This document shows, one piece after another, positions 48,057 through 57,369 of a stretch of DNA of 64,000 nt. The notes under the pieces are model-generated. The model worked only from the letters and a program-made list of their open reading frames with translations, was not told where the DNA came from and did no database searches. Position 1 is the stretch's first letter; each line of letters starts with the position of its first letter. Location: the NCBI RefSeq assembly GCF_004104415.1, contig NZ_CP034669.1, one strand, 5' to 3'. Made by a program: the position numbers and the translations under genes. The stretch is from Corallococcus coralloides (GTDB lineage Bacteria > Myxococcota > Myxococcia > Myxococcales > Myxococcaceae).

Positions 48057-49127
48057 ATGGTAGGGTTCAGGCCGATGCGTACCCGTGCCCTCTTCGCCCT
48101 GTCCGTGGGCCTGCTGTCGACGCCCGCGCTCGCCCAGAAGGAGTTCTTTTTTGGAACGGGAGAGCCGCCCGTGTTCCGCGAAGCGGACATGGACAAGCGG
48201 TTCCTCCGCTCCCGCGTCAATCAGGCCCTGGTCCAGGGGACGAGCGACGCGAACTGCGCGCAGCTCGTGGGCGCGCTGCTCACCATCGTGGGCGAGTCCG
48301 CGCCGTACCTGCACAAGCGCGACGAGAACTTCTACCTGGACCCCGTGCTGATCCAGGCGCTGGGCACGCAGCTGTCCACCCCGCGCTTCCCCGCCAACAT
48401 GTACCTGGTGTCGATGATGCGCCGGGTGCTCATCGACAAGCGGCTGCCGCCCGAGTGGATGCAGACGGCGGTGGCGCTCGCGCCGTACTACCCGCCGCTG
48501 GATTTGAGCAAGCTGCGCTTCATCGCGGATGGCGTGAAGCCCGCGGACAGCTTCTTCTTCACGCTGCCCGCGATGCTGGAGCGCTACGACCTGGAGGTCC
48601 TCAAGGCCAACACCACCGCGGCCAGCGTGGCGGACGCGAAGTTCCGCGACGACTACCTCGACAAGGAGGTGGCCTTCGCGGGGCTGGAGTTCATCGACGC
48701 GAAGCTGGAGAAGCCCAAGAAGAAGAAGAGCAAGAAGGGCCCTCCGCCGGAGCCTCCCGCGCTGGTGGCCCGCCTCGTCTACTACCTGCCGGATCCGGGC
48801 AATGACGGCCTGCTGACGGGGCTCAACTACGGCAAGCCCAAGGCGCGGCCCGCCGTCACCATCACGGCGCGCCTGAAGGAAGACCAGTACACGCCGCTGA
48901 CGCAGCTGCCGAAGGGCGCGCGCGTGCTCCTGCGCGGCCGCTTCTGGGAGTACCGCAAGCAGCTCAAGGAGCTGGAGGTGCGCGACGCGTACCTCTTCCA
49001 GGACCGCGACTGGGCCCAGAACCCCGCGCTCGCGGATCCCAACGCCGTGGCGTCCTGTCCGCTCGCGTTCAACGACCTGACGGGCACCGCGCCCGTGCAG
49101 CCGGGCGGCTTCGGCGGCAAGCGCTGA
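48057..49127 (+). CDS. Hypothetical secreted protein
   Basis: ATG 48057 (MVGFRPMRTRALFALSVGLLSTPALAQ…); no motif recognised. Confidence 0.55.
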   Translation: MVGFRPMRTRALFALSVGLLSTPALAQKEFFFGTGEPPVFREADMDKRFLRSRVNQALVQGTSDANCAQLVGALLTIVGESAPYLHKRDENFYLDPVLIQALGTQLSTPRFPANMYLVSMMRRVLIDKRLPPEWMQTAVALAPYYPPLDLSKLRFIADGVKPADSFFFTLPAMLERYDLEVLKANTTAASVADAKFRDDYLDKEVAFAGLEFIDAKLEKPKKKKSKKGPPPEPPALVARLVYYLPDPGNDGLLTGLNYGKPKARPAVTITARLKEDQYTPLTQLPKGARVLLRGRFWEYRKQLKELEVRDAYLFQDRDWAQNPALADPNAVASCPLAFNDLTGTAPVQPGGFGGKR

Positions 49128-49276
49128 AGCGCGCCGTCCCGCGTCCCGCACACCCATCCCGGGGGCGGCACCCTGCCGTGCCGCCTCCGCTGCGCGCCGT
49201 CCTCCCGGGAGCGCGCCCCGCCTGACTGGCACGGCCGCTGCTCATGCCCGCGCATCCCTTGCGCGCGAGGCATGCC

Positions 49277-50104
49277 ATGAAGGTCGAAGGTCAGGACGCC
49301 CCTTCCGGAAACGAGCAGGTCCCCCCGGAGAAGGACGCGTTCAAACAGGTCCTCCAGCGGACCTCCGGACGGTCCGACACCCCACCCCGTCCCGGGGCCC
49401 GCCGAGAGCCGGTGACTCCAGGGCTCCTCCCGAAGCCCGGCCTGCTCCGTGCCGGTGGGCAGGGGCCGGGGCCAGCGGCGCGGGCCACTCCGGCGCTTCC
49501 CGGTGTCCGCGCGGCGGGGGCCCTCTTCGCGACGACGCGCAGCGCGCTGGGGAGCCCGGAGACGCTCCGCCAGGCCCGGCAGGGCATGCACGTGGAGGCT
49601 CAGCGGCTGGGGGCGGTGCGCCAGGAGGCGCTCGTGGAAGGCGGGACGCAGGCCTCCCACCGTGCGACGGAGTTGCTGGCCCGCGAGGTGGAGCGCTCCT
49701 TCCGCGCGGAACCCCGTCCGCCGCCGAGCAGCCCCCTTCCGTCGCCCACGCGGGACGACCGTTCCTCGGATGGCCTGTCGCGCGGCTCCCCGCCCGAAGG
49801 TGCTCGCGCGGCGAGCGGACCAACGGAGGGTGCCACTCCGCCCAGCCCTCCCGTCGCGCAGGTCGAGTCCACCCTGGCGCTCATCGAGAAGATCGAGGTC
49901 TTCGTGAAGTCACAGCGGCCGGCGCTGGGCCTCAGCCTGCGCGGGGCGCTGGAGGCCACCGTGGAGGTGGAGCGCACGGGGCCCCGGGAGGTGGCGCTGC
50001 GCATCCAGGGCCGCCATGGGCCCGTTCCCTCCGAGGACGTGGCGCGGCTGCGCGACGCGTTGGAGGCGCGGGGACTGCGGCTCAGCGTCCTCCAGGCGGG
50101 GTGA
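49277..50104 (+). CDS. Hypothetical protein with C-terminal FliK-like (Flg_hook) hook-length-control domain
   Basis: ATG 49277 (MKVEGQDAPSG…). Pro/Arg-rich disordered N-half; C-terminal LGLSLRGALEATVEVERTGPREVALRIQGRHGPVPSEDVARLRDALEARGLRLSVLQ resembles the FliK/YscP C-terminal substrate-specificity-switch domain. Confidence 0.45.
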   Translation: MKVEGQDAPSGNEQVPPEKDAFKQVLQRTSGRSDTPPRPGARREPVTPGLLPKPGLLRAGGQGPGPAARATPALPGVRAAGALFATTRSALGSPETLRQARQGMHVEAQRLGAVRQEALVEGGTQASHRATELLAREVERSFRAEPRPPPSSPLPSPTRDDRSSDGLSRGSPPEGARAASGPTEGATPPSPPVAQVESTLALIEKIEVFVKSQRPALGLSLRGALEATVEVERTGPREVALRIQGRHGPVPSEDVARLRDALEARGLRLSVLQAG

Positions 50105-50216
50105 GCGTCCGACGATGCCCTGCCCCCGCCAGACTCCAGGAACGACGAAGGCCCTCACGCCAGGGGGCGCGAGGGCCTGCATCACGACGGGCGCGCTCGG
50201 GCGACTCGGCCCGCGG

Positions 50217-50552
50217 TTACTTCCCGCCGGCGGGGTCCAGCTCCGCGCGCTTGCCCTTCTTGTCCTTGTACTCCTCGGCCTCGGGCAGGGCGGACTTCTT
50301 CTCCGCGATATTGGGCCACTTGGAGGCGAAGTCGGTGTTGAGCTTCTTGTACTCCGACCACTCCGCGGGCAGCTCGGACTCGGGGAAGATCGCCTTGGTC
50401 GGGCAGACGGGCTCGCAAGCGCCGCAGTCGATGCACTCGTCCGGGTGGATCACGAGGAAGTTCGCCCCCTCGTAGAAGCAGTTGACCGGGCACACCTCGA
50501 CACAGTCGGTGTACTTGCACTTGATGCAAGGCTCGGCGACGACGTAGGCCAT
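50217..50552 (-). CDS. fdxA: 7Fe ferredoxin (FdxA-type)
   Basis: ATG 50550-50552: [51 protein letters not shown]. Confidence 0.9.
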   Translation of the reverse strand: MAYVVAEPCIKCKYTDCVEVCPVNCFYEGANFLVIHPDECIDCGACEPVCPTKAIFPESELPAEWSEYKKLNTDFASKWPNIAEKKSALPEAEEYKDKKGKRAELDPAGGK

Positions 50553-50663
50553 GTGGATGTCTCCTCTGTGCGGAATTCCGCGCGTCCGTGGCCGCGCACA
50601 GTAGATGGTTGCGGCCGGGGTTGGCACCTTGAATTTAGGGCCCCACCCGGCCCCGTTTCCCGG

Positions 50664-51752
50664 TCAGCCCAGCAAGCCCTGCGCCCGCAGCAGCTCGGCG
50701 ACGAGGATGGCGCCCTTCGCGGCCCCCATCTTCGTGTTGTGGGAGACGAGCACGTACTTGAAGCCGTTCTCCAGCACCTCGTCCTCGCGGATGCGGCCCA
50801 CCGTGGTGGCCATGCCGCCGTGGGTGTCCCGGTCCATGCGGGGCTGGGGGCGGAACGGGTCGTCCAGCACTTCAATCCACCGGGGCGGAGCGGACGGCAG
50901 GTCCTTCGCCACCTGGGCGCCCTGCCACTCGCGCATCGCCTGGGTGACCTCCGCCACGGTGGCCTTCTTCCCGAGCGACACGAAGACGGACTCGGTGTGG
51001 CCTTCCAGGACGGCGACGCGGGTGCAGGTGCAGGAGACGCGCACGTCGTGTGGGGTGAGCGCCGCGCCCGCGGGGTTGAGCGCCCCGAGGATCTTCTTCG
51101 TCTCCACCTCGACCTTGTGCTCCTCCTTGGGGATGTAGGGCACGACGTTGTCGAGGATGTCCAGGCCGATGACGCCGGGCGAACGTCCGGCGCCGGACAT
51201 GGCCTGGAGGCTGGTCATCAGCACGGCCTTCACGCCGAAGCGCTCGGCCAGGGGGGCCAGCGTCACGGCGAGGCCGGTGGTGGTGCAGTTGGGGATGGGG
51301 ACGATGAAGCCCTTCCACCCGCGCTGCCGGCGCTGCTCGTTGATGAGCGGGGCGTGGGCGGCGTTCACGGGGGGGATGAGCAGGGGCACGTCCGCGTCGT
51401 AGCGGAAGGCGCTCGCGGCGGAGAACACCGGGATGTCCCGGGCCAGACGCGGCTCGATTTCACGGGCGACGTCCGCCTCCACGGCGGAGAAGGCGATGTC
51501 GTAGTCCTTCGCCTGGACGGCGTCGCCGCTGACCACCGTCATGCGGGCGATGGACTCCGGGAGCGGCTCCGGGACGAACCAGGCCAGCATGCCGTTGGAG
51601 GCGCGCAGGGCGTCCGCGTACGTTTTCCCAGCGGAGCGGGGCGAAGCGGCGAGCCCGGTCAGCTCGATGAACGGGTGGTCCTTCAGGGCAGCGATGAACT
51701 GCTGGCCCGCGAGTCCGGTGGCGCCAATGAGCACGGCGCGAAGCTTGGCCAT
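50664..51752 (-). CDS. asd: Aspartate-semialdehyde dehydrogenase family protein
   Basis: 362 aa; N-terminal Rossmann fold AVLIGATGLAGQ and active-site SGAG Cys region typical of Asd. Confidence 0.75.
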   Translation of the reverse strand: MAKLRAVLIGATGLAGQQFIAALKDHPFIELTGLAASPRSAGKTYADALRASNGMLAWFVPEPLPESIARMTVVSGDAVQAKDYDIAFSAVEADVAREIEPRLARDIPVFSAASAFRYDADVPLLIPPVNAAHAPLINEQRRQRGWKGFIVPIPNCTTTGLAVTLAPLAERFGVKAVLMTSLQAMSGAGRSPGVIGLDILDNVVPYIPKEEHKVEVETKKILGALNPAGAALTPHDVRVSCTCTRVAVLEGHTESVFVSLGKKATVAEVTQAMREWQGAQVAKDLPSAPPRWIEVLDDPFRPQPRMDRDTHGGMATTVGRIREDEVLENGFKYVLVSHNTKMGAAKGAILVAELLRAQGLLG

Positions 51753-51821
51753 CGTGGGGGTTCTCCAGTGGGAGCGGCAGGGCGCTCCTTACACCGTTTC
51801 ACGACGCGCTGCATCCGCCGC

Positions 51822-52172
51822 TCAACGGTGGGCGTGGGAGGGGGCGCGTGCGTGGCGCTCCGTGGGGTAGCCCCCCGTCACCCAGGCATGGAGCCCGCCG
51901 GCGAGGCACACGGCGTTGCGCCCCCTCAGGCGCAACACGCGGCAGATGCGGCGGATGTCCGCGCAGTCCTGGGTGGTGCCGCACAGGACGATGAGCTCGT
52001 CGTCCGGCAGCATCGACAGGTCCCGGGCAATCTCCGAGGCCGTCATGCGCAGCGCGCCGGGGATGTGGATCTCGAACCGCTCCCAGTCCATCGCGTCGCG
52101 GCAATCCAGGACGAGGACCTCCTCGTCCCCCAGACGCATGAACAGCTCATCACAGACGATGGTGGGCTCCAC
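51822..52172 (-). CDS. Rhodanese-like domain protein
   Basis: 116 aa; active-site loop LVLCGTTQDCADI (CxxxxxR-type cysteine). Confidence 0.7.
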   Translation of the reverse strand: MEPTIVCDELFMRLGDEEVLVLDCRDAMDWERFEIHIPGALRMTASEIARDLSMLPDDELIVLCGTTQDCADIRRICRVLRLRGRNAVCLAGGLHAWVTGGYPTERHARAPSHAHR

Positions 52173-52274
52173 CGGGACCTCCCCAGGCGACTGGCTCCAT
52201 CGAACATGAACCGGAGGGCTTTTTCCCCTCTTCCCGCCTGTCCGCCCGCCTGCTTCCCGGTGGGCCCGCGGGCG

Positions 52275-53426
52275 CTAGAGGCCCAGCTGCTTGGCGATGA
52301 TTTCGTTCATCACCTCGCTGGTGCCGCCACCGATGGGCCCCAGCCGCGCGTCGCGCCAGTGGCGCTGGATGTCGTACTCCATCATGTAGCCCGCGCCGCC
52401 GTGGAGCTGGAGGCACTCGTCGGCCACGCGGCAGCACGTCTCCGTGGCGACCTTCTTGGCCATGGAGGTCTGCGCGACGGCGTACTCGCCGGACACGTGC
52501 AGGCGCAGCGCGTGGTAGGTGAGCTGCCGCGCGCATTCGCGGGCGGTGTACAGGTCCGCCAGCTTGTGGCGCACCACCTGGAAGCCGGCCAGCGTCTGAT
52601 TGAAGGCGCGGCGCTGCTTCACGTGCTCGAGCACCGTCTCCAGCATGTCGTCCATGGCGCCCACCGCGCCCAGCGCGAGCGACAGGCGCTCCCACTGGAA
52701 GTTGCCCATGATCTGCGAGAAGCCCTGATTCTCCACGCCCAGCAGGTTCTCCGCGGGCACGCGGCAGTCCTCGAAGAAGAGCTCCGCCGTGTCGGACGCG
52801 CGCCAGCCCACCTTCTGGAGCTTGCGCCCCACGCTGAAGCCCGGCGTGCCCCGCTCCACCACCAGCATGGACAGGCCCTTGTGGCCGCGCGACGGGTCGG
52901 TCTTCACCGCCAGCACCACGAAGTCCGCCCGCACCCCGTTGGTGATGTACGTCTTGGAGCCGTTGACGATGTAGTGGTCGCCGTCGCGGCGGGCGGTGGT
53001 GCGCAGGCCCGCCACGTCCGAGCCGGCGTCCGGTTCGGTGATGCCCAGGGCGCCAATCTTCTCCCCCCGGATGGCGGGGGCCAGCCAGCGCTGCTTCTGG
53101 GCCTCCGTGCCGAACAGGTGCAGGGGGCCGGTGGCGATGGTGAACTGACCGCCCAACCCCGCGGCCACGCCGCCGGAGCCGCAGCGGCCCAGCTCCTCCA
53201 GGAGCACCGCCTCGTACAGCTCCCCGGCCGCCGTGCCCCCGTAGGCCTCCGGGTACTTCAGGCCCAGGAAGCCCAGCTCGCCGAAGCGGGTGAAGAGCTC
53301 CCGGGGGAACTCCTCGCGGGCCTCCCAGTCCGCCGCGAACGGGCGCAGCTCCTTGTCCACCACCGCCCGGACGGTGCGGCGGAAGGCTTCGTGCTCTTCC
53401 TGGAAGACGCCTTGGCCGTGCAACAT
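52275..53426 (-). CDS. Acyl-CoA dehydrogenase
   Basis: 383 aa with canonical ACAD domains. Confidence 0.9.
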   Translation of the reverse strand: MLHGQGVFQEEHEAFRRTVRAVVDKELRPFAADWEAREEFPRELFTRFGELGFLGLKYPEAYGGTAAGELYEAVLLEELGRCGSGGVAAGLGGQFTIATGPLHLFGTEAQKQRWLAPAIRGEKIGALGITEPDAGSDVAGLRTTARRDGDHYIVNGSKTYITNGVRADFVVLAVKTDPSRGHKGLSMLVVERGTPGFSVGRKLQKVGWRASDTAELFFEDCRVPAENLLGVENQGFSQIMGNFQWERLSLALGAVGAMDDMLETVLEHVKQRRAFNQTLAGFQVVRHKLADLYTARECARQLTYHALRLHVSGEYAVAQTSMAKKVATETCCRVADECLQLHGGAGYMMEYDIQRHWRDARLGPIGGGTSEVMNEIIAKQLGL

Positions 53427-53558
53427 CGTGTGCTCCCTCGCTTGTCAGGGCCTGACACCCCGCGCCGTATGGTAGCGGGACGAGAAGCGGGGCTGGATGG
53501 TGTTGCTTCCTTGACCGGCTCCTGCCGGGCTGCGTATAACCCCGGCCCCAATCGCTGC

Positions 53559-53630
53559 GGCGCCATAGCCAAGTGGTAAGGCAAAGGTCTGCAAAACCTT
53601 CATTCCCCGGTTCGAATCCGGGTGGCGCCT
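53559..53630 (+). tRNA. tRNA-Cys (GCA)
   Basis: GGCGCCATAGCCAAGTGGTAAGGCAAAGGTCTGCAAAACCTTCATTCCCCGGTTCGAATCCGGGTGGCGCCT; anticodon loop cuGCAaa. Confidence 0.8.
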
Positions 53631-53707
53631 CATGGACAAAAGGCCCGATGCGGAAGTCTCCGCATCGGGCCTTCTGCTTTTCCGGGGGGTGCCTTCCCGG
53701 GTGGGGC

Positions 53708-55297
53708 CTAGCAGCCCAGCTCCACCGCGCCGATGTCCGGGGCCGCGCCGCAGAAGGGCTGGCCCTCGTCCAGGCCCTTGTCCTGGGCGGCCGGAGACGG
53801 GGCGAAGGTGTCCGACACCGTCACGTCACCGCCGTTGGAGGTGGTGTCCTGCGTGGCGGCCTTGAAGGCGTCCAGGGCCTGGGGCTGACCGTTGCTCTTG
53901 AACTGCGCGCCAGGGGGATAGAGGTTGTTGCTCATCTGGAGGCCGGGGGCCTGGCCGCCCACATCCACGCTGACGGGCGCGTCCACGATGTTGTTCGCCA
54001 CGCGCAGCGACTCCGTGGGGCCGCCCGTGCCGTGGCCCAGGATGATGCCGGCCTTGGCGCGGGTGATGGTGTTGTTCACCACCACGGTGCCCTTGGAGTT
54101 CTCCAGGCGGATGGCGGTGCCTTCGCCGCCGCCCGCGTCGGTGATGTCGTGCACGCGGTTGCGGCGCACGACGACGGCCTGGGGCACGGGGCCCTCGTGG
54201 TTGCCGCCGACGGAGATGCCCTTGGCGGCGTCATACAGCTCGTTGTCCTCCACCAGCACGTTGTTGGCGGAGTAGTGGATGACGAGCGCATCGCCCTTCG
54301 CCGTCTCCGACGGCAGGAACTTGTGCATCCGGTTGTTGCGGATGATGACGTCGTGGCACGTCTTGATGTCCACGGCGTTCTCCCGGTTGTTGAAGAAGTG
54401 GTTGTTCTCCACCAGCAGGCCCGTGGCGGGCGGCAGGTCGCTGAAGCCCTCGGGCCCCAGGCACTGCACGGAGTCACCCGAGTTGTCGTGGATGTCGTTG
54501 TTGCGCACCGTCACGTCGTAGGACGCGGGCTGCATCACGATGCCGTGCGAGTCCTTGTTGCCGGTGGTGCGCACGAAGCCGTGGATGTTGTTGTTCTCGA
54601 TGGTGGCGCCCCTGGCGTTGTTGAACAGGGTGACGCCCGCGCCGCCGGTGCCGTTGTGCAGCTCCGAGTTGGCCAGCATCGAGCCCTGCACGTCGCCCTC
54701 GAAGGTGACGCCGAAGATGGGCTGTCCCTCCACGTCGATGTCGAACCCGTCGATGACCCAGTTCGCGCGGCGCACCTGCACCGCCGGGCCGGAGCCGCTG
54801 CCCGGGGTGAGCTTGGGACGGCCCTCGCCCTGGAGGGTGATTCTCGCTTCGGGCGTGCCGGCGCGGGTGTTGTCGCCCAGCACCACGCGCTCGGCGTAGG
54901 TGCCCGCGAGCACGCGGATGCGGTCGCCGGGGCCGGCCTTGCTCACCGCCATGGCGATGGTGCGCAGCGGCGCGGCCTCCGTGCCCTGGGCGCCGTCATC
55001 GCCGTTGGGCGACACCACCCACTCATGGGCGGGCGTGGTGGCGGGGGCCTCCTGCATCGCCTGCGCGCGGAGGGCGGGCTGGGGACCGGGCTCCGCGATG
55101 GGCGCGTGGTCCGCGTGCTCCGGCATCTGCGCGGCGGGCGTGTTCGCCACCGGCTGCATGCCGATGGGGGGGCCTTGCCCGGAGCGGTGGGCGTCTTCCC
55201 GGCCTGGGTGGGGGTGCCCGTGTTCGTCGCGGGGGCCTGGGTGCCGGCGCCCGACGAGCCGCCGGTGCCTCCGCCTGAGCCACCGCCGCCGCCACAA
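53708..55297 (-). CDS. Right-handed parallel beta-helix (pectate-lyase-like) repeat protein; lipoprotein signal peptide encoded in a different frame (54943..55398), separated by a frameshift in a G7 run
   Basis: Repeated NN..H.N/…VENN..… beta-helix units. Signal peptide ORF MRILEGNGLKTRQTLVASLAACTLALGLTACGGGGGS…; adding one base to the run at 55165-55171 joins it to …IGMQPVANTP…beta-helix. Confidence 0.7.
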   Translation of the reverse strand: MWRRRWLRRRHRRLVGRRHPGPRDEHGHPHPGREDAHRSGQGPPIGMQPVANTPAAQMPEHADHAPIAEPGPQPALRAQAMQEAPATTPAHEWVVSPNGDDGAQGTEAAPLRTIAMAVSKAGPGDRIRVLAGTYAERVVLGDNTRAGTPEARITLQGEGRPKLTPGSGSGPAVQVRRANWVIDGFDIDVEGQPIFGVTFEGDVQGSMLANSELHNGTGGAGVTLFNNARGATIENNNIHGFVRTTGNKDSHGIVMQPASYDVTVRNNDIHDNSGDSVQCLGPEGFSDLPPATGLLVENNHFFNNRENAVDIKTCHDVIIRNNRMHKFLPSETAKGDALVIHYSANNVLVEDNELYDAAKGISVGGNHEGPVPQAVVVRRNRVHDITDAGGGEGTAIRLENSKGTVVVNNTITRAKAGIILGHGTGGPTESLRVANNIVDAPVSVDVGGQAPGLQMSNNLYPPGAQFKSNGQPQALDAFKAATQDTTSNGGDVTVSDTFAPSPAAQDKGLDEGQPFCGAAPDIGAVELGC

Positions 55298-55507
55298 GCG
55301 GTCAGCCCAAGGGCCAGGGTGCAGGCAGCCAGGGAGGCCACCAGGGTCTGTCGCGTCTTCAAGCCGTTGCCTTCAAGAATTCGCATGAGCAGGGGCAACG
55401 CGCGGCGTTGGGCGTTCTATTCACTGTCGGTCATCCAGGCCGAGACGCGCCGCAGCGGGAGGGAGAACCGTGACGCTCGGCCCCATGGCGGCTACGGTGC
55501 CGCCGCC

Positions 55508-57250
55508 GTGTCCAAAGCCGTCCTGCTCCTGACCGCCCTGCTGTTCGCCTCCTGCGCCACGCCGGCGCCCTCCCCTGTCCCCGTCACGCGGGGCCTGGGC
55601 GAGCCGGAGGTCTCCGTCCCCACCAGGCCCGCCGACGCGGGCGTGACGCCCCCTGCCCCGGGTGGCCTGGAGGATCCGCTCACGTCGGGCCTGCCCGGGC
55701 CGCAGGACCTGAAGCGCCTGGACTTCCGCAACGGCGAGCCGCGCCTCCCCATCAAGCTGATGGAGGGGCGCGACGCGGTGACGTTCTCGCCGCGCGCGCG
55801 GATGCGGCTGCGCTTTGGCGGGCCGGGCGACAAGGTGCTGGATGCGCCCGCGGGCTCGCGCTGGACGGTGCGGGTGACGCAGGGCGAACCGGCCCAGTGG
55901 AGCGCGCGGCTGCAGCTGGGCGAGTTCCGCTTCGCGGACAAGGCGGGGCTCGCGGAGGCGCAGGAGACGTGGCGCGCGCGGGGGCTCGCGGTGCGCACGC
56001 ACACGCTGGGCTCCGTGTACGGCATCGCGGGGAAGGTCATCGACAACCGGCGCTACCTCCTCCTGGTCGAGGAGGCGCTGACGCCCGAGGCCGCGGCGAA
56101 ACAGCAGGCGGAGCTGCTGCGCCGCTACGGCCTGCGCACCACGCTCTTCGAGGAGGTCCGCAAGCCCTCCCGCGCCATCCTGGAGCTGAAGGACGAGAAC
56201 GACGCCGTGGTGGGCCTGGCGCAGGACCGGCTGGACGCGGAGACGCCGGACGGCAGCGGCTTCGACGTGCGGCAGGTGGAGTACGGCGTGGGCTACGACT
56301 TCCACGCCTTCGAGGACCGCAGCTTCCGGGGCGCGCTCCAGTTCGCGGTGGACCGGAGCGGCAAGCTCGCGGTGGTGAACGTGGTGGGCCTGGAGGACCT
56401 GCTCAAGGGGCTGGTGCCGTCCGAAATCTTCGCGCGCGCGCACCCGGAGGCGCTCAAGGCCCAGGCCGTCACCGCGCGCGGCGAGGTGCTGGCGAAGGTG
56501 GGCATCAAGCACCTGGCGGATCCGTACCTCCTCTGTTCGGAGCAGCACTGCGCGGTGTACCGGGGCCGCACCGGCGAGGCGGCCAGCACCACCGCCGCCG
56601 TGGAGGCCACCCGGGGGCAGGCCCTCTTCAGCCAGGACGGCCGGCTGGTGGACTCCGTCTACAGCGCCGTGTGCGGAGGCCACACCGAGGACAACGACGT
56701 CGTATGGGGCGGCCCGCCCGATGCCAGCCTGCGCGGGCGGCCGGACCTGCTGGAGCCCGCGCCGGACGTGCCCGGGCCGTCCCACCTCAAGGCGTGGCTG
56801 GCGACGGCGGACGTGCCGGCCGCGTGCAAGCGGTCCAGCTTCGCGCAGCCCACGAAGTTCCGGTGGGAGAAGCGCTTCACGCAGGGCCAGGTGGACGCGC
56901 TCACGGAGAAGCTGGGTGTGGGCGCCATCCAGGGGCTCGCCCTGTCCGAGCGCGGGGTGTCCGGGCGCGCCCGGCTGCTCACCGTGTCGGGCACGAAGGG
57001 CGCCACCCAGGTGCGCGGGGAGCTGAACATCCGGCGGCTCTTCGGGATGCTCAACAGCAGCATGGCCACCGTGGAGGCCGAGCGGGACGCCGAGGGCCGG
57101 CTCACCGGATGGCTGTTCCGGGGCGGCGGCTGGGGCCACGGCGTGGGCATGTGTCAGACAGGCGCCATCGGCCGGGCGGAGGCCGGGCAGCGCTATCCGG
57201 ACATCCTTCGCTTCTACTTCAATGGGGCGGAGGTGGCCCCCATCTACTGA
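55508..57250 (+). CDS. SpoIID/LytB-domain lipoprotein
   Basis: Lies in the 3' part of a giant spurious plus-strand ORF (53573..57250). GTG 55508 gives (M)SKAVLLLTALLFASCATP; SpoIID motifs VYSAVCGGHTED and GWGHGVGMCQTGAIG. Confidence 0.75.
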   Translation: MSKAVLLLTALLFASCATPAPSPVPVTRGLGEPEVSVPTRPADAGVTPPAPGGLEDPLTSGLPGPQDLKRLDFRNGEPRLPIKLMEGRDAVTFSPRARMRLRFGGPGDKVLDAPAGSRWTVRVTQGEPAQWSARLQLGEFRFADKAGLAEAQETWRARGLAVRTHTLGSVYGIAGKVIDNRRYLLLVEEALTPEAAAKQQAELLRRYGLRTTLFEEVRKPSRAILELKDENDAVVGLAQDRLDAETPDGSGFDVRQVEYGVGYDFHAFEDRSFRGALQFAVDRSGKLAVVNVVGLEDLLKGLVPSEIFARAHPEALKAQAVTARGEVLAKVGIKHLADPYLLCSEQHCAVYRGRTGEAASTTAAVEATRGQALFSQDGRLVDSVYSAVCGGHTEDNDVVWGGPPDASLRGRPDLLEPAPDVPGPSHLKAWLATADVPAACKRSSFAQPTKFRWEKRFTQGQVDALTEKLGVGAIQGLALSERGVSGRARLLTVSGTKGATQVRGELNIRRLFGMLNSSMATVEAERDAEGRLTGWLFRGGGWGHGVGMCQTGAIGRAEAGQRYPDILRFYFNGAEVAPIY

Positions 57251-57369
57251 GATGAAGCGGACAATTCGAGCGCCCCCACGCACGCGCTCGCGAATCTCTT
57301 CCATGTCCCGGCTGTTACGGGCCGCACGTTCGGGACTGTAGAAGCGGTCCGGAGGTTTATCATCAGGCC

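Noticed and set aside
53559-55400. tRNA-Cys followed by secreted beta-helix protein as a possible integrated island
   Set aside because: No integrase, no direct repeat of the tRNA 3' end and no compositional shift visible; neighbouring genes are ordinary chromosomal.
53573-55500. 5' two thirds of the 1225-aa plus-strand ORF 53573..57250
   Set aside because: Only the 3' part (from about 55508) has a real protein signature (SpoIID). Upstream is antisense to the beta-helix gene and has no sensible start.
55897-57255. 452-aa Arg/Gly-rich ORF in an alternative plus frame over the SpoIID gene
   Set aside because: Composition is junk (RGGARGGAG…), whereas the overlapping frame has conserved SpoIID motifs.
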